From Nemertoderma westbladi (Eukaryota > Animalia > Xenacoelomorpha): a DNA stretch of 33,944 nucleotides. Position numbers and translations under genes: made by a program. The stretch covers positions 1 through 33,944 of the forward strand of contig JAUCBJ010007356.1 of the NCBI GenBank assembly GCA_032718475.1, given 5' to 3'. Below, one piece after another: positions 11,869 to 24,465 of this stretch. Numbering within the stretch: position 1 is the first letter of the stretch; the number at the start of each line of letters is the position of its first letter. The notes under the pieces are model-generated. The model saw nothing but the letters and a program-made list of their open reading frames with translations. It was not told where the DNA came from and did not search any database.

Positions 11869-12994
11869 TGCAAAAGCTTTTGTGGGATAACTGATTCTTT
11901 TGGTTTGCTAACCAGTTCCCCCCAAGGCGCTGGAATACTCTAAAAAGGGCTCTCTAGCTCGAATGGTACAAGCTACAGGCTGATTGGCTGATTTGCTGTA
12001 CGAAGGGGATCTTGGCTATGTTCGATCGGCCAATCAGGGTTATAACAATAGAATATGCAACCAGGGCAACCGAGCGGAGTGATTCATTTTGTGTGCTGGC
12101 CAAGGGCTGCAAAATTCCTGATAGTTAGGCATTTAGACATTCGTGGAACCTGCGGAATCTGGTGTTCTGCCAATGATAGCTATCCCTCTCTGTGTTGAAG
12201 AATACCTGCAACAGCTCACAGAGTCAGTGTTCAGTGTGTTGTTGTTCCTCCTACACCAGAACATCGGCTTTTGGAATAACTCGTTATAAAACATTAGTAG
12301 GCTTAGATTATAGAAAGTATAACTGTTACCTTACCCTACTTACCAACTAATCAATCATACCATAACTCCACAACTTAATTACTAATCATATCATTTGTAC
12401 TGCTATTTACCGTCAGTTATTAATTGTATCGTTTTGTTGATGGAATATTGTTATTTGGAGAATATTGATAAATAACCCGAATTTCCCAATCTTCTTGATA
12501 CACTACAGGTTAGAGAGACAGGCTACATATAACAATTGCGATTTATATTATTGTGGTGTGTAGTGAATCTAATGCTATTTGATAGACACTACATGAGTCA
12601 ATTGCTGTTCTCTTTATGTATGATGAAATTCATTGACGGTCGGCAGAATAGTGTGCATGATTGTGGCTGGTAACAAAGCATTTCCTAAAGAAGGCGCCTT
12701 ATACTTTAATCATAAGCCTTATCGTTGCGTTTAGTATAAGTCATAAAGCGCCACGTCCTAAAGAAACTGTTAATATTTCCCGAAAGTGAATAATATCTGT
12801 CAGAGATTATATATTAACGATCAATCAAATAATACAGTAGGCTTACACTGCAATAAAATCTAAGCATCCGAATTCAGCCTCCCGGGTATATCCAGCGGGT
12901 GAATGGTCGCGCATGGGCTGGCTTCGGCTAATGTTGTGTTTATTGGTATAAAATACTTGTCGTATGCTAAAAGTATATTAATCAACTAAAGACA
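11869..12994 (+). repeat. 5' LTR of BEL copy B (3' boundary approximate)
   Basis: 11869-12677 matches 26235-27043 with 7 substitutions. It has a TG start and AATAAA at 12852, and the end is inferred at ...GACA 12994. Confidence 0.8.
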
Positions 12995-13156
12995 TATAAA
13001 TTTTGGCAGGTTAAACTGCTAAAGGTCTTAAAAGCGCGAACAGTAACAGTTATAGCTTCTTTATTGCAGTAAGCAATAAAGTTGAAAGTACCGGTCGACC
13101 GGTGAACCTGAACCGGTACTGCTGTAGGTCTGTAGGCCCAACTGCCTGAACCGGTA

Positions 13157-13575
13157 TTGAGTTGTAAGGTCAACTCCCTCTTAAAGAATAAGTCGTACTA
13201 CCGAGTTAGAACGCATACTAACTAACCATTTTGGAATCTGCATATACTGTAGTTTATTTAGGCTTGATAGTAGTCTGCCAGCTTTTGGTCTGTGTTTGTT
13301 TGTGTAGTCTGTTCAGGTACCGTAATAGTTATTACTCGGATATTTGTGGGCTGGATTGTTGTCTGGCTGTTGCTGAGTCTAGAGGGATTGCTGCGTGTGT
13401 AGAGTCTGTCCAATAAAGTGCCAGTTAGTAAGTTGGGGCAGCTTGAGTTGTAAGGTCAACCCCCTCTTAAAGAATAAGTCGTACTACCGAGTTAGAACGC
13501 ATACTAACTAACCATTTTGGAATCTGCACATACTGTAGTTTATTTAGGCTTGACAGTAGTCTGCCAGCATTTGGT
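13157..13575. repeat. Direct repeat (~133-bp core, 286-bp period), copy B leader
   Basis: ttgagttgtaaggtcaac...gtctgccagc occurs at 13157 and 13443 and is homologous to the copy A duplication. Confidence 0.92.
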
Positions 13576-14563
13576 TTGTATTTCTTTGAGTATTCTGTAC
13601 GGGTAGCGTAATATTTATTATTCAGAGTTTATGCGATTATTCGCAACATTCATGTCCCTAAGTTTATTCCTACAGTAATTGTGCTTGTTACACATACCGT
13701 TATAGTTAAATTAACCCCGGTACTACACGGGCTGCTTGGCGTAGGTAAAGACTGGTGACTTTGTGCCCCGGTCACTCCAGCAGATGCCGTGGTTCTTTTA
13801 ACTGTTCAAGTATATTTAACTGCTAGTTATTGTTTTACAAGTTTACTAATTTAGGGTTTAGTGTACAGTGCTTTCCGAAAGTAATTAGTGTGTAGGCAGT
13901 ATATTTGTGTTGTAAAGTGGTTAATAGGCACATTGGATCTGGTAGTCCGCAGTAATTAACTTCTAGGTAGGAACACTCCGTGATACATAACGTAGTACCT
14001 ATAGCGATACGGCTATAGGTCGTCAGGCGGTGGTATTTTCCTATCTGGACAGCGCAATATATTTACTACTGCTTATTATTTTCAAATACCGTAATATCCT
14101 GTCTGTTGTAATAACCAGAAATTCTAACCTTCTGTTAGACTGGTTTGTAGTTCCCTGTAAAATTACCCTAAAAATTCGTACGTAATATATTTTTGTTGTT
14201 GTGTTTAATTAGAGATTTAATCTCACCTGTATCGTAAGTAATTAGTAGATAAGTAACTTAGGAAGTAGAATTATTTGTTTTAGTGTCAAATAAGTAGCAC
14301 TTCACTGAAAGCGCATAGCTTTTGTGTAGTGATTACTTCACAGAAATAGTAACATCTATTTCAATATTGTAACAAACCCTTATTCGGGTATATATATATA
14401 TATTATAAATCAACTCTAAGGTTTATAAACTAGTAGGCCTGTCATACAACAATTGGGCCTTAATATCAGTTGGACTTACTGCTTGAATAACGGTAATAGA
14501 GTAAACTAAAGTAACTAAGTAACCCTATAACTTCAGAAAGTCAATTACTCTAAATAATTGATA

Positions 14564-14712
14564 TACCGGTATCTATAGTAGGCTTATTATCTATTTGTAT
14601 ATATTTGCACTAAAATTATATACCGGTATTCTGAGATAAACCTAGTCTGTAATACTTATATATACTATAAGTGTATACCGGTATTCTAATATATTGTAAT
14701 TAATTACCGGTA
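14564..14712. repeat. TACCGGTA palindrome array, copy B leader
   Basis: TACCGGTA at 14564, 14621, 14676 and 14705. Confidence 0.88.
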
Positions 14713-14792
14713 CTAGGCTAACAGTCATACTGAATTACTATACTTACTTTAACTGTAACTATAGCAGTAGGCATTCAACTGTATAAATAAAT

Positions 14793-17700
14793 ATGTCTGA
14801 CACAAAGCAAAACCTGTCAGACAGTCTAATCGATACAACCATCTGCGACACAGACAGGAGTGTGGAACGATTAAGAAAAGAGTTCCGCTCACCTCCTACT
14901 GTAAGAAAAGTCATCCCTCCAGTAGTAGTATCAGACCCTAGGCTAATCCAACACCGTAGGTCTATCATCGGCACTCGGGCCCAGGTCAAACGGAACCAAG
15001 AAGCAGCTGCCCAACAACAGCAACATCCTAGTCAAGAACCTAGTTCCTGGCGACCCGATAGCTCCAGTAGTTCGGATACTGTAGAGCTGACCCCCGAACG
15101 CGGAGTGAAGATGGCGGATACAGCTTATTCGGATCCCCTTCTCACTCTTCCTGCCGCAGTGCTAACTACAATATTGATTGCGGTGGAGGAACACCAAGTC
15201 GATTGGGCAAGGAATAAGCGATCGACTCAAGATAGTTATGCGGGATACGACAGGGAAGAATTAATGTCTATTGTCGAGTCACAATGGAATTTTCCCGGAC
15301 CCGGATTCCCGTTAGATTTATCCGAAGCTACCTGGGAAGAAATACACAGGATGGGAGTGACTAAAGATACTATGGATCCAGCTGTTTGGAAGAGGTCGGC
15401 AGCAGGATATGAGCAGGGATTCTTCAGCTCCTTAGAGCGATTAGAAGAGCTGCTGTTTAGACAACCCCAAGGACCTCAAGAGCAGGAAGAGCTGCTTTAT
15501 CAAGTACGCGAAAGAACACTGCGCATTAGACTAATCCTATCAGCCTTTGAGGAAACTTCTAAAAGAAGACAGGACACGTCGCTGCAAGTTGCTGTCAAGA
15601 CATGGTTCCAGCGGGTAGGTCTTAAAGTTCAAGAAACAGCCCAGTGGAAATCCCAGCTGGCTGAGAGACCAACCTATGAAGAATCAACCGATGCCACATT
15701 TTCTCAAGAGGAAAGCGAGGTGACAGCAGAGAGACCGCGAACGAGAGACGCCATCGACATCTATCTGTCAGACTATCAACGTTTCTTGGGTGATGAGGAG
15801 TTGAGGAGACGACTGGCTGGACTTTCCCCTAATAGTGAAGGAGCCAAGCATGTGTTGGACGCAATCGATACTGAAATGTTAGCTGCAAACCAAGCTAAAT
15901 TTGATGAACGTCTCCGCATCGCTAGAGCCCAAGAAGAACAAGTAAAAAAAAGGCGGATAGAAGATAAAAAGGCAGCAGCAGTAGCAGCGGCAAGGGCAAC
16001 AGCTGAAGCAGACAGAAAGGCGGCAGAAGCAGCGGCTGAAGCAGACAGGAAGGCGGCAGAAGCAGCAGCTGAAGCAGACAGAAAGGCTGCAGAAGCAGCA
16101 GCTGAAGCAGACAGAAAGGCGGCAGAAGCAGCAGCTGAAGCAGACAGAAAGGCGGCATAAGCAATGGCTGAAGCAGACAGAAAGGCAAAAAGAAAGGCGG
16201 CAGAAGCAGCGGCCGAAGCGGAAAGAAAAGCGGCGGAAGCAGTGGCAGAAGCAGAACGGAGAGCGTCTGAAGAGGCTACACAACTGGAATAGGAAAATCT
16301 ACAAGAGACGCAAGACCACATAAATAAACAGTTGACTGATAATCGAATGCAGATGATGAATCGATCTACTTCCAAACGCCAAGGTTATACATCATCGGAG
16401 GAAGGAGATACCACCGATCCTGAAGGTGGAGGAAATAGATCTCGTCTCAGTAGGCGTAGAAGGACATCTCACCGTTATAAATTGCCCGATTTGCCCCCCG
16501 CTGTTAGAAGACAAATAGCTAGCACAGACTTAGGTAGTACAGGACCCACAGACCAAATTATTACCGTAAACAAACTCCCTACTATAGTAGATGAGCCGGA
16601 AATAGTTGGGCCTGTCGTTCCCAAACCCATTCCTGTGCTAGAGACCCCTGTACTTCCAAAACTTAACTCTAAATTTCCTTTACACAGTACTACACTGCCT
16701 GTACCCGGTAGAACAGTCCATGAGAATATCCCTGTCTTGGACGCCGAGAGAGAAATCAAAAATTTGTCTCCCGTCATCCCGCGTCTGCCCGCTACAATGT
16801 TGGCGACTTCCGCTTCGGCGGTCGAGTGGGTAGAGGAGGGACGACGGGGGATGAATCTCCTGCTCGGACAAATGCAGGAGACTGTTCACCAACTCAAAGG
16901 AACAGTAAGGGAAAGTAAGCTATAGTTGCAAGAAGTGCAGCAAAGTATCGCACTAGAACGCGACAAATTAGTCAACATACAAAAGGGAATACCAATAACC
17001 CCTGTAACAGTGTGTCAGCCTGTTAGGTCTGAAGTATTACATGCGCAAGGTGTGGAGCCTACACGCATCTATACTGCTAGTGAAGTAGAAATCCCTATAA
17101 TAAACCCTATTAAGGGTGATTATAAACCTGTTGTTAATGACATTCCCGATAGACCTGATAATAATCCGAGAAATTTATATACCGATAATTCGATATTAAA
17201 TAACACGATGGCCCAAGAAAGCTTTACGCGTCAGATGGCTAGAACAGAAGCCCGCCAAGCGGTCAAAGTGGGAGAAATCGTCAAATTCAATGGAGATGAG
17301 ATGAAATGGTTACCTTTCAATGAATATTACAAAGATAGCATACAGAACTCTGTACTCTCTAACGGAGAGAAACTTAGATTCCTCATCAAGTGCTTGGAAG
17401 GACCTCCCAAGTTAATGGCGTTAAAGTTTATTGGACATCCAGATGGATTAAGACAAGTTTGGGATACATTAAACATCAGGTATGGTAATAAGGATAACAT
17501 AGCTAAGTATTTGTATGCAAAATTAGTAGCCCCCCGAAAGTTCCTTAGTAGCGGGATTATAGAGTTTTCCGATGAGATCCAGGAGATCTGCAGACAATTG
17601 GATTGGTTAGGTAAGTCTCACGAATATCAGAGTTCCATGGTTATTGGAGCCATTGTCTCTACTTTACCAAAAGGTGGAGTATGTACACGCTGGGACAAGA

Positions 17701-20700
17701 AGGTATTGTATATGAATGAGCAGCAACGACGAGGACCTACCATGGCTGATCTCATGTCCTTCTTAGATGGTGAAGTAAAACTACAACTTATAAAACAGTC
17801 CAGAGAGAAAACATCGGAAAATAAGGTAAGTGAGAAACCCGTTTCTAAGAGAAGAGTAACACCAGTGTGTTATACAGACGACGGCGAAAGCCAAGCTTCT
17901 CAAGAAGAAGACAGCGGGAAAGACACCGACAGATTTTACTATGTTAACAAGACCTCAAAGGACGTAAGTAAATCTAAGGCTCAAACCCATGACATGAGAG
18001 AACAGGTTGCTAAGACTCCTCCTCAGTCTCCTAACAGAGTACACGGAAGAAAGCCCGAAGAAAGAACGAGAGTGCATAACGTTACCCAAGGTAAAGTGAG
18101 TAACATCAAACCAAACTGTGCGCTGTGCGACGGGCCCCACCGTTTGAGTGTGTGTGTGGAATTCCTAAAGAAATCTCTAGTAGACAGACGTGAAGTCATG
18201 TGGGATAAGCGGTTATGCTATAATTGCCTCAGACAAGGACACCAACGGCGAACCTGTTACTCTGATGTAAGGTGTGCAAAGTGCAGTGCGAAACATCACA
18301 TCTTGTTACACAGTGAATTCGAACAAAACAACCCGAGTCAGGTAAGTGAGCCCGAACTACATGTCCAATTCAGTGATGTAAACAACACTGATCAAGAATC
18401 TGAGATGGAAGGATTCTATACGGACGAATTCTCAGATGCCAATGAATCCTGCTACCTAATAAATACCGCAGTGTATCGAGCACTTACGTATGAAAAGGAC
18501 ACCGACAATGAGTTCCCCCCAACTACCTTTGACAGACAACAGAAAGCTCCAACTTCCAACGTAGGAATTAGAGAATTTCCTGTGTGCAGGTAAGAGTTCA
18601 CGGTCCTAACAAAAGTTACATAGTGAACGCCCTTCTTGACTCCGGCAGCACAGGAACATTCATCGATCAAGAACTAGCCGTAGACATCTTTTCTGGACAA
18701 CCCAAATTCCGAACAAAGTTGAATATGTCAGGAATTATGCAAGTTTGGAAATCTACCATCACAGCAGATTACTATGTAGGTGCGTTGTCCACTCCCCAGG
18801 ATAAATTAGGAGAACAAAGTATAAGGTCAGTAAAAATGGTAGCTATAAAGAACTTCGCTACTACCCAAGTAGAACCTTATAACTGGGACGAGGACGAGAG
18901 CATCCAACAACTTAAGATACCTCGATTCCAGACAGATTATCCTGGAGTGCAAATACTTATCGGCCAAAACGCGCACGAGGCGCTCGAGACATTGGAGAAA
19001 CGGCCTGCTCAACCGCAGCCAGTACAAACCTATGCGGTAAGAACTAGAGTAGGTTGGTACTTTACTGGCCCTTCCCGCAGAACTCTCGAAGAGAGACTAC
19101 CACAAGAAAGAATATGCCAGGTAAATGATTGGGAAGTGGAGAGCAGTGAGGTGGACAAACTATCTGAGGGAACACCATACTCCTCAGATAATGACGACAT
19201 CTACCAACTCTTCGATGAAGAGAACACAATCGACCTACTTACAGAGAACAAGACTTGGAAAAACCAGGTGAACCTATGTCAACTGATTCGCCCATCGGGA
19301 CCCATTGACTACAATGATGAACTTAATGACGAGGTAGAGCGCTACAACGCTAGAACTCGGGACGAACTCGCCGTACGATTCTTTACTCAAGAATTGGTAG
19401 AACCCAATTCATACGATAAGGCCCTATCGATAGAAGAAGAAAGAGCCAAGCAAATCCAGGAAACAACAACACGTTTTTTAAAAGATCAAGGTAGATATGA
19501 AATCGGCCTACCATTTCGAAAACGAGAACCTAGATTTATAAATAACAGACCCTTGGCGGTGAAAAGAATCAAACAATTTCATCGACGCCTTACGGCAAAT
19601 GCTTCAGCTAAGGAAACGTACCAAACTCAGTTGAAGAAATTTATTACGAAGGGATATGCGGAGCGAGTACCGAAAGGAACTCCAATAACTGAGAGAACGT
19701 ACTATCTAACACATCATTACGTTCCCAAACCCGGTAAACCCCATGAAGTACGGGTCGTATTTGATGGCTCCGCTCTATATATGGGCCAATCCCTCAATTC
19801 CGAGTTGTTACCAGGACCCAACTTACTCCAATCTTTGTTGGGAATACTTTTAAGATTAAGACAATATTCCATCGCGTTCGCCTCCGATATAGAAGGAATG
19901 TTCTTACAAGTCAAGGCGTTGGATCGGGATAGAGACAGCCTAAGATTTCTGTGGTGGCCTGAAGGAGATCTCAACCAGAAACCGGTAGAGTACTGGATGA
20001 CCATCCAGGCTTTTGGGATTATATCAAGCCCTTCAAACGCCTGCTCAGTGGTGCGGACCACTGCGGATGACAACCGGGATGCCTTCTCAAAAGAGGTGAT
20101 AGATAACATCAAACGAGACATATACATGGACGACAATTTAAAGTCCCTTACATCAGTAAAAGAAGCCATTGATGTCGCGAAAGGAACGGTTGAGTGTTTG
20201 AAAAGAGGTGGATTTCGACTGACGAAGTTCACCAGCAACTCCCGTGAGTTTCTGGAAGCAATACCTGTAGAAGACCGAGGAGCAAAGGACCTCGACTTAA
20301 TACATGACGATCTTCCAGAAACCAAGACTCTTGGCTTGAAGTGGGACACCGAAAGAGATATCCTGTTTTTTCAGCTAAAACAGCGAGATAATCCAGTTCG
20401 GACCAAACGGATTTGTTTAAGTATTCTGAGCACTTATTTCGATCCCTTGGGATTTATTAGCCCAGTTATATTGATTGCTCGGAGTTTAGTACAACAAATG
20501 TGGCTTGAAAACCACTCATGGGACGATCCACTCAAGGGAGAACTATTAAAGAAGTGGATGAAATGGGAAGACTCGCTACCTGCCATCGAGAACTTTATAA
20601 TTTCCCGTTCATATTTTGGTCATGTTCTCCCTACGTATTCCTATCAACTCCATGTGTTTGGAGACGCCAGCGATATGGGAATCGGTATAGTAGCATACCT

Positions 20701-23026
20701 GCGAGTCGAAACTCCGGATGGAATCAAAGTCGCCTTGGTTACCTCTAAGGCATTGATTAACAACAAGCTGAAGGTTCCTCGGGCGGAGTTAAAAGCAGCT
20801 TTATACGCTACAGCCATCGGCCGGAATGTAACAGAACAGATCGATTATCCACTGGAGAAAACTGTTTATTGGACCGACGCTTTACTCGTGTTGGAGTATA
20901 TAACAAATGAAGTCTGTCAGTTCAGCGTCTTTGTTACTAACAGAGTAGCCATTATTCTTAGTCGCACAACGATAGATCAATGGAGACACTGCCCTGGTAC
21001 GATTAACCCAGCTGACATCGCCTCCAGGGGAGCAACTCCACAGGAACTGATAGATACTCCTGACTGGTTGGGTGGCCCCGACTTCCTGAGCAAGGAAGAG
21101 GATGAATGGCCTCCTCACCTTACTACGGCGGAGATTAGACAAGCCAAGGGAGCGGAGAAAGTCAAACCCAAAACCCGAACAAGTAAATCGAAGTTATTTA
21201 AACCGACAATCGATCTATCTGTATTACATACTTCCGAAAACGATACTTCGGATCCACAATCCCTCGCCACAAATAAGTCTGTTGTGGAAATTAGAGATAG
21301 AGATTGGAAATCTGGGATACCAGATGTCTCGCAAGGAATCTCACCCCTGCTGCAGAGAGCACTGCATCACTACAGTTCCTGGAATCGGCTCTGTAAGGCC
21401 GTCACATATTTAAAGAGATGTTTTCACCATCACTACTCCAGGACGCAGACCACTAGTGATACTGCTCCATTGACATCTGCGCAAGTTCATGTTATTAAAG
21501 ATCTACCTAAGTACAAGATATCCGACCGGTTTCTAAAGGAGAAGATCAGTTACCAGGAGCATGAAGAAACCAATAAGCAGATACTGAGACTCCTGCAATG
21601 CTATGAGGATTCCGATAAGTATTTCCTGTTGTTGAGAAATCTGCAGATGCGCTTAAGGGATCGCTTCTCTAGCACAATGATAGATGGGTTAATACGTGTT
21701 GGAGGAAGGCTTACCAACGCCCCATTATCCTTTGACACTAAATTCCCTATACTCATTAGAAATCTTGAAGTACAAATCAAGATGATTGTAGATGTTCACG
21801 GTAAACTTTATCATGCTGGTAGAGAACGAGTTCTTAGCGAAATTTGAACTCGCTATTATTTTCATAAACCACGTAGAGCTCTGAACCAAGTTCTTAGGAA
21901 CTGCATACCTTGTAGGAAAGCATTCAGTAGGCCTTTAACACAGCGAGAGGCAGAATTACCTAGGGAACGAGTAAGCTTTTATGAACCACCCTTTACTAAT
22001 GGATTTAGTAAATATAGTGAATAGTGGATTTATTTGGCCCTATTGAAGTATATCGTGCTAGGACTATAGTCAAGAGATGGTGTATCATCTTCGTCTGCAT
22101 GACTTGTAGAGCTATCCATCTCGATATGGTGAACGATCTATCTACCAACAGCTTTGTCTTAAGTTTACGCCGACAGATCGCTCGTTTCGGAACTAGTAAC
22201 ACGATGAGATCTGATAAGGGAACAAACTTCATTGGTGCCAACAACGAAATTCAGGCTTACGTGAAGGACTGGAATCAAAGACAGGTGGACGATCAGCTAA
22301 GGATAACAGCGTCTAGCTGGACCTTCAACGCCGCCGACGCCCCTTGGTGGGGAGGAAGTTGGGAGAGATTAATTCAAAGTGTCAAGACCGCATTTCACTT
22401 TATAGTGCCTTGCCGCGCGTATCTCACCAACGAACTTTTGCGGACGTTAATGGAGGAAATCGCTGCCTATCTCAACGAGAGACCGCTTATGCCTGTCTCA
22501 TCGAGTCCCGATTCCCTGGAAGCGCTAACACCCGCGCACTTCCTACTGAAGAAACCTGTAGCCATGCTCCCACAATCGGAGATTGCCGACGGAGATGAAT
22601 ACTGCCGTCGAACTTGGCAGCTTATGCAGTTGCTATCCCGTCGTTTCGCTGACCATTTTGAGAAACATTATCTGCCCATGCTACAACTTCGAACTAAGTG
22701 GTTTGCACAGCAGGAAAACGTCAGCGCCGGAGACATGGTGCTTATTGTAGATCCAGACCTTCCACGTAGACGGTGGCAGACAGGTCGTATCATCGAAACG
22801 CATACCTCGGATGATGGTTTAGTGCGCTCGGTAGAACTCTTTCGTCATGCGGCGTAACTTCAAGAAACCCGGCATAATCTTTGAGACGCAACAACTCAAC
22901 CGCCCAGTTGGTCGTTTATGTTTACTGGAAAGAGACCGGGAACTCTCCGGAAACTATGGAAGGCAAGAAACTCTTCCCACGACCACCTCCCTAATTCCTC
23001 AAACATCTAGGGGCTCCTCAACGTAG
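14793..23026 (+). pseudogene. gag-pol: BEL/Pao gag-pol, disrupted
   Basis: Stops at 16158, 16289, 16923 and 21845, and frameshifts near 18584, ~22010 and ~22840. Motifs are three knuckles, LLDSGS, YMDD, FGDAS, H-x6-H..CxxC, DLFGP, SDKGTNF, WERLIQ and C-terminal RPVGRLCLL, ending at TAG 23024-23026. Confidence 0.95.
16001..16260 (+). repeat. 33-bp coding tandem repeat (AEADRKAAEAA) in copy B gag
   Basis: Repeated gctgaagcagacagaaaggcggcagaagcagca units. Confidence 0.92.
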
Positions 23027-23539
23027 TACGTCTGGAGTGGGTGTATGTCTATATTATTTTATCTATTTTTTATTACGTTTTATATGCGAACGTTATTATG
23101 TACTTTATTATAATCGTTTTTATTTAATTTTATTTAGTAAAATGTTATTTTAGAATATTTAGTAAATGAGTGCAATATATTAGTGTTTATTACGTAATTA
23201 CTTATATTATATATTCAGTGCGACGGCGAGAAATAATTCTTTTCTCTTTCCTTACTGTCCGTATTATATTATAAATGCGAGACTATAGTAAGATGACATG
23301 TCAGTACTTATTAAAGTACAATAAAGCCACTACTATATTTAAGTATTATTGGTAGGCAGAGTATTAGGAATGCAAAGTTCAGATCCTCGTGTCTCGGCTA
23401 AACCAAGCTCTGGGTAGACCTTGGAAGCGACTTGCCTCTTCACACTGACATTGCTTCGTGCGATATTGCTCTTCTACCTTATAATAAATAATACATATAG
23501 TAGCGTGATGTCTCTCTAACAGTAGCGAAAAACGCAAAT

Positions 23540-23830
23540 AAATCTGTTAAACCTATTGACCATCTGTAATTCTAGTCGATTAAGATATCGTGGCACCCAC
23601 AGATATACTTGAAAGACAAATTCTAGAATCAGTGGTTAACGTCCCCAGACAAGTTCTGGAATAAATCGGTGCCCATCCTAAATATTAATTTAATATTTAT
23701 TAAAATCTGTAAAATTCAGATCCTTTAAAATTTCTGGTCGATTAAGATATCGCAGTACTTACCGATACTCTTAAAAGACAAATTTTATAGAATTAAGGAT
23801 CCTATGTCCCCAGACCTGCTCTGGAATAAA
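23540..23830. repeat. Degenerate tandem duplication, ~162-bp period, in the BEL 3' region
   Basis: gtcgattaagatatcg at 23575 and 23737, with aaagacaaatt, gtccccagac and tctggaataaa repeated in the same order. Confidence 0.85.
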
Positions 23831-24465
23831 ATTTTGTCAATTGTACCATCAAATAATAAAATTCACGGGAATAAATTTAAATTCATATCTTTAAATCTTT
23901 AAATGAATTTAATAAATTGTCATTTTATGCAATTTCTGATATTCCCAAAAATCCATTAATTAATAAATCACGGGAGCGGAGATTCATCTTATTGAGTGTA
24001 TTAGAGTGCGAGAATCTCTAATATATAGTCAATAGCCGATAAAATTCATAAAATCATGCATAAAGAGGATATTGACAATTAAAGAATTACTATTAAATAG
24101 CATCCCAGATCTGTATGCATGAGAATTACCCTAATTCTACCGCTAGTTTTCCATAATGTCACCATAGCAACACCCACGCTAGAATTAGAAGCAAGTTAAA
24201 AGAACAATAAAAGGCTTGCCCCATTGCGTAGCATAAGAGAATAAATAGCGCACTGTTAGTATCCAAGGATACATAGTAGTAATAACGTGACATTCTGGAA
24301 GACACTGACTAACGGACAAATGGCCTGCATGTGTACAGTTGGTAATGATTGTGTGGAATTTGTGCGTTTATAAGTGAATGTTACTACTAAAGTGTGTTTA
24401 CAGTAGCTAATCGCAATTGTAAAGTAGCCCTAACTCTACCGAGATAACCTAAAGTGGATTCAAGC

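Noticed and set aside
12864-12935. HDV-like ribozyme impression (CAGCCTCCC...GGGC..CTTCGGCTAATG) in the BEL LTR
   Set aside because: I could not build P1, P1.1 and P2 of the double pseudoknot, the L3 loop is too short, and copy A breaks the UUCG stem. It is more likely ordinary R/U5 structure.
15776-16375. Hydrophobic or Cys-rich antisense ORFs (also 4944-5261 and 33122-33566)
   Set aside because: They are shadow frames of coding tandem repeats.
18575-18600. Programmed gag/pol frameshift in BEL copy B
   Set aside because: Copy A reads through this point in one frame (FPVVQVRVH), so the shift in B is a 1-nt deletion.
19717-21413. Alternate-frame ORFs shared by copies A and B over RT/RNase H
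   Set aside because: Sharing is expected from the high nucleotide identity of pol, and there are no independent motifs.
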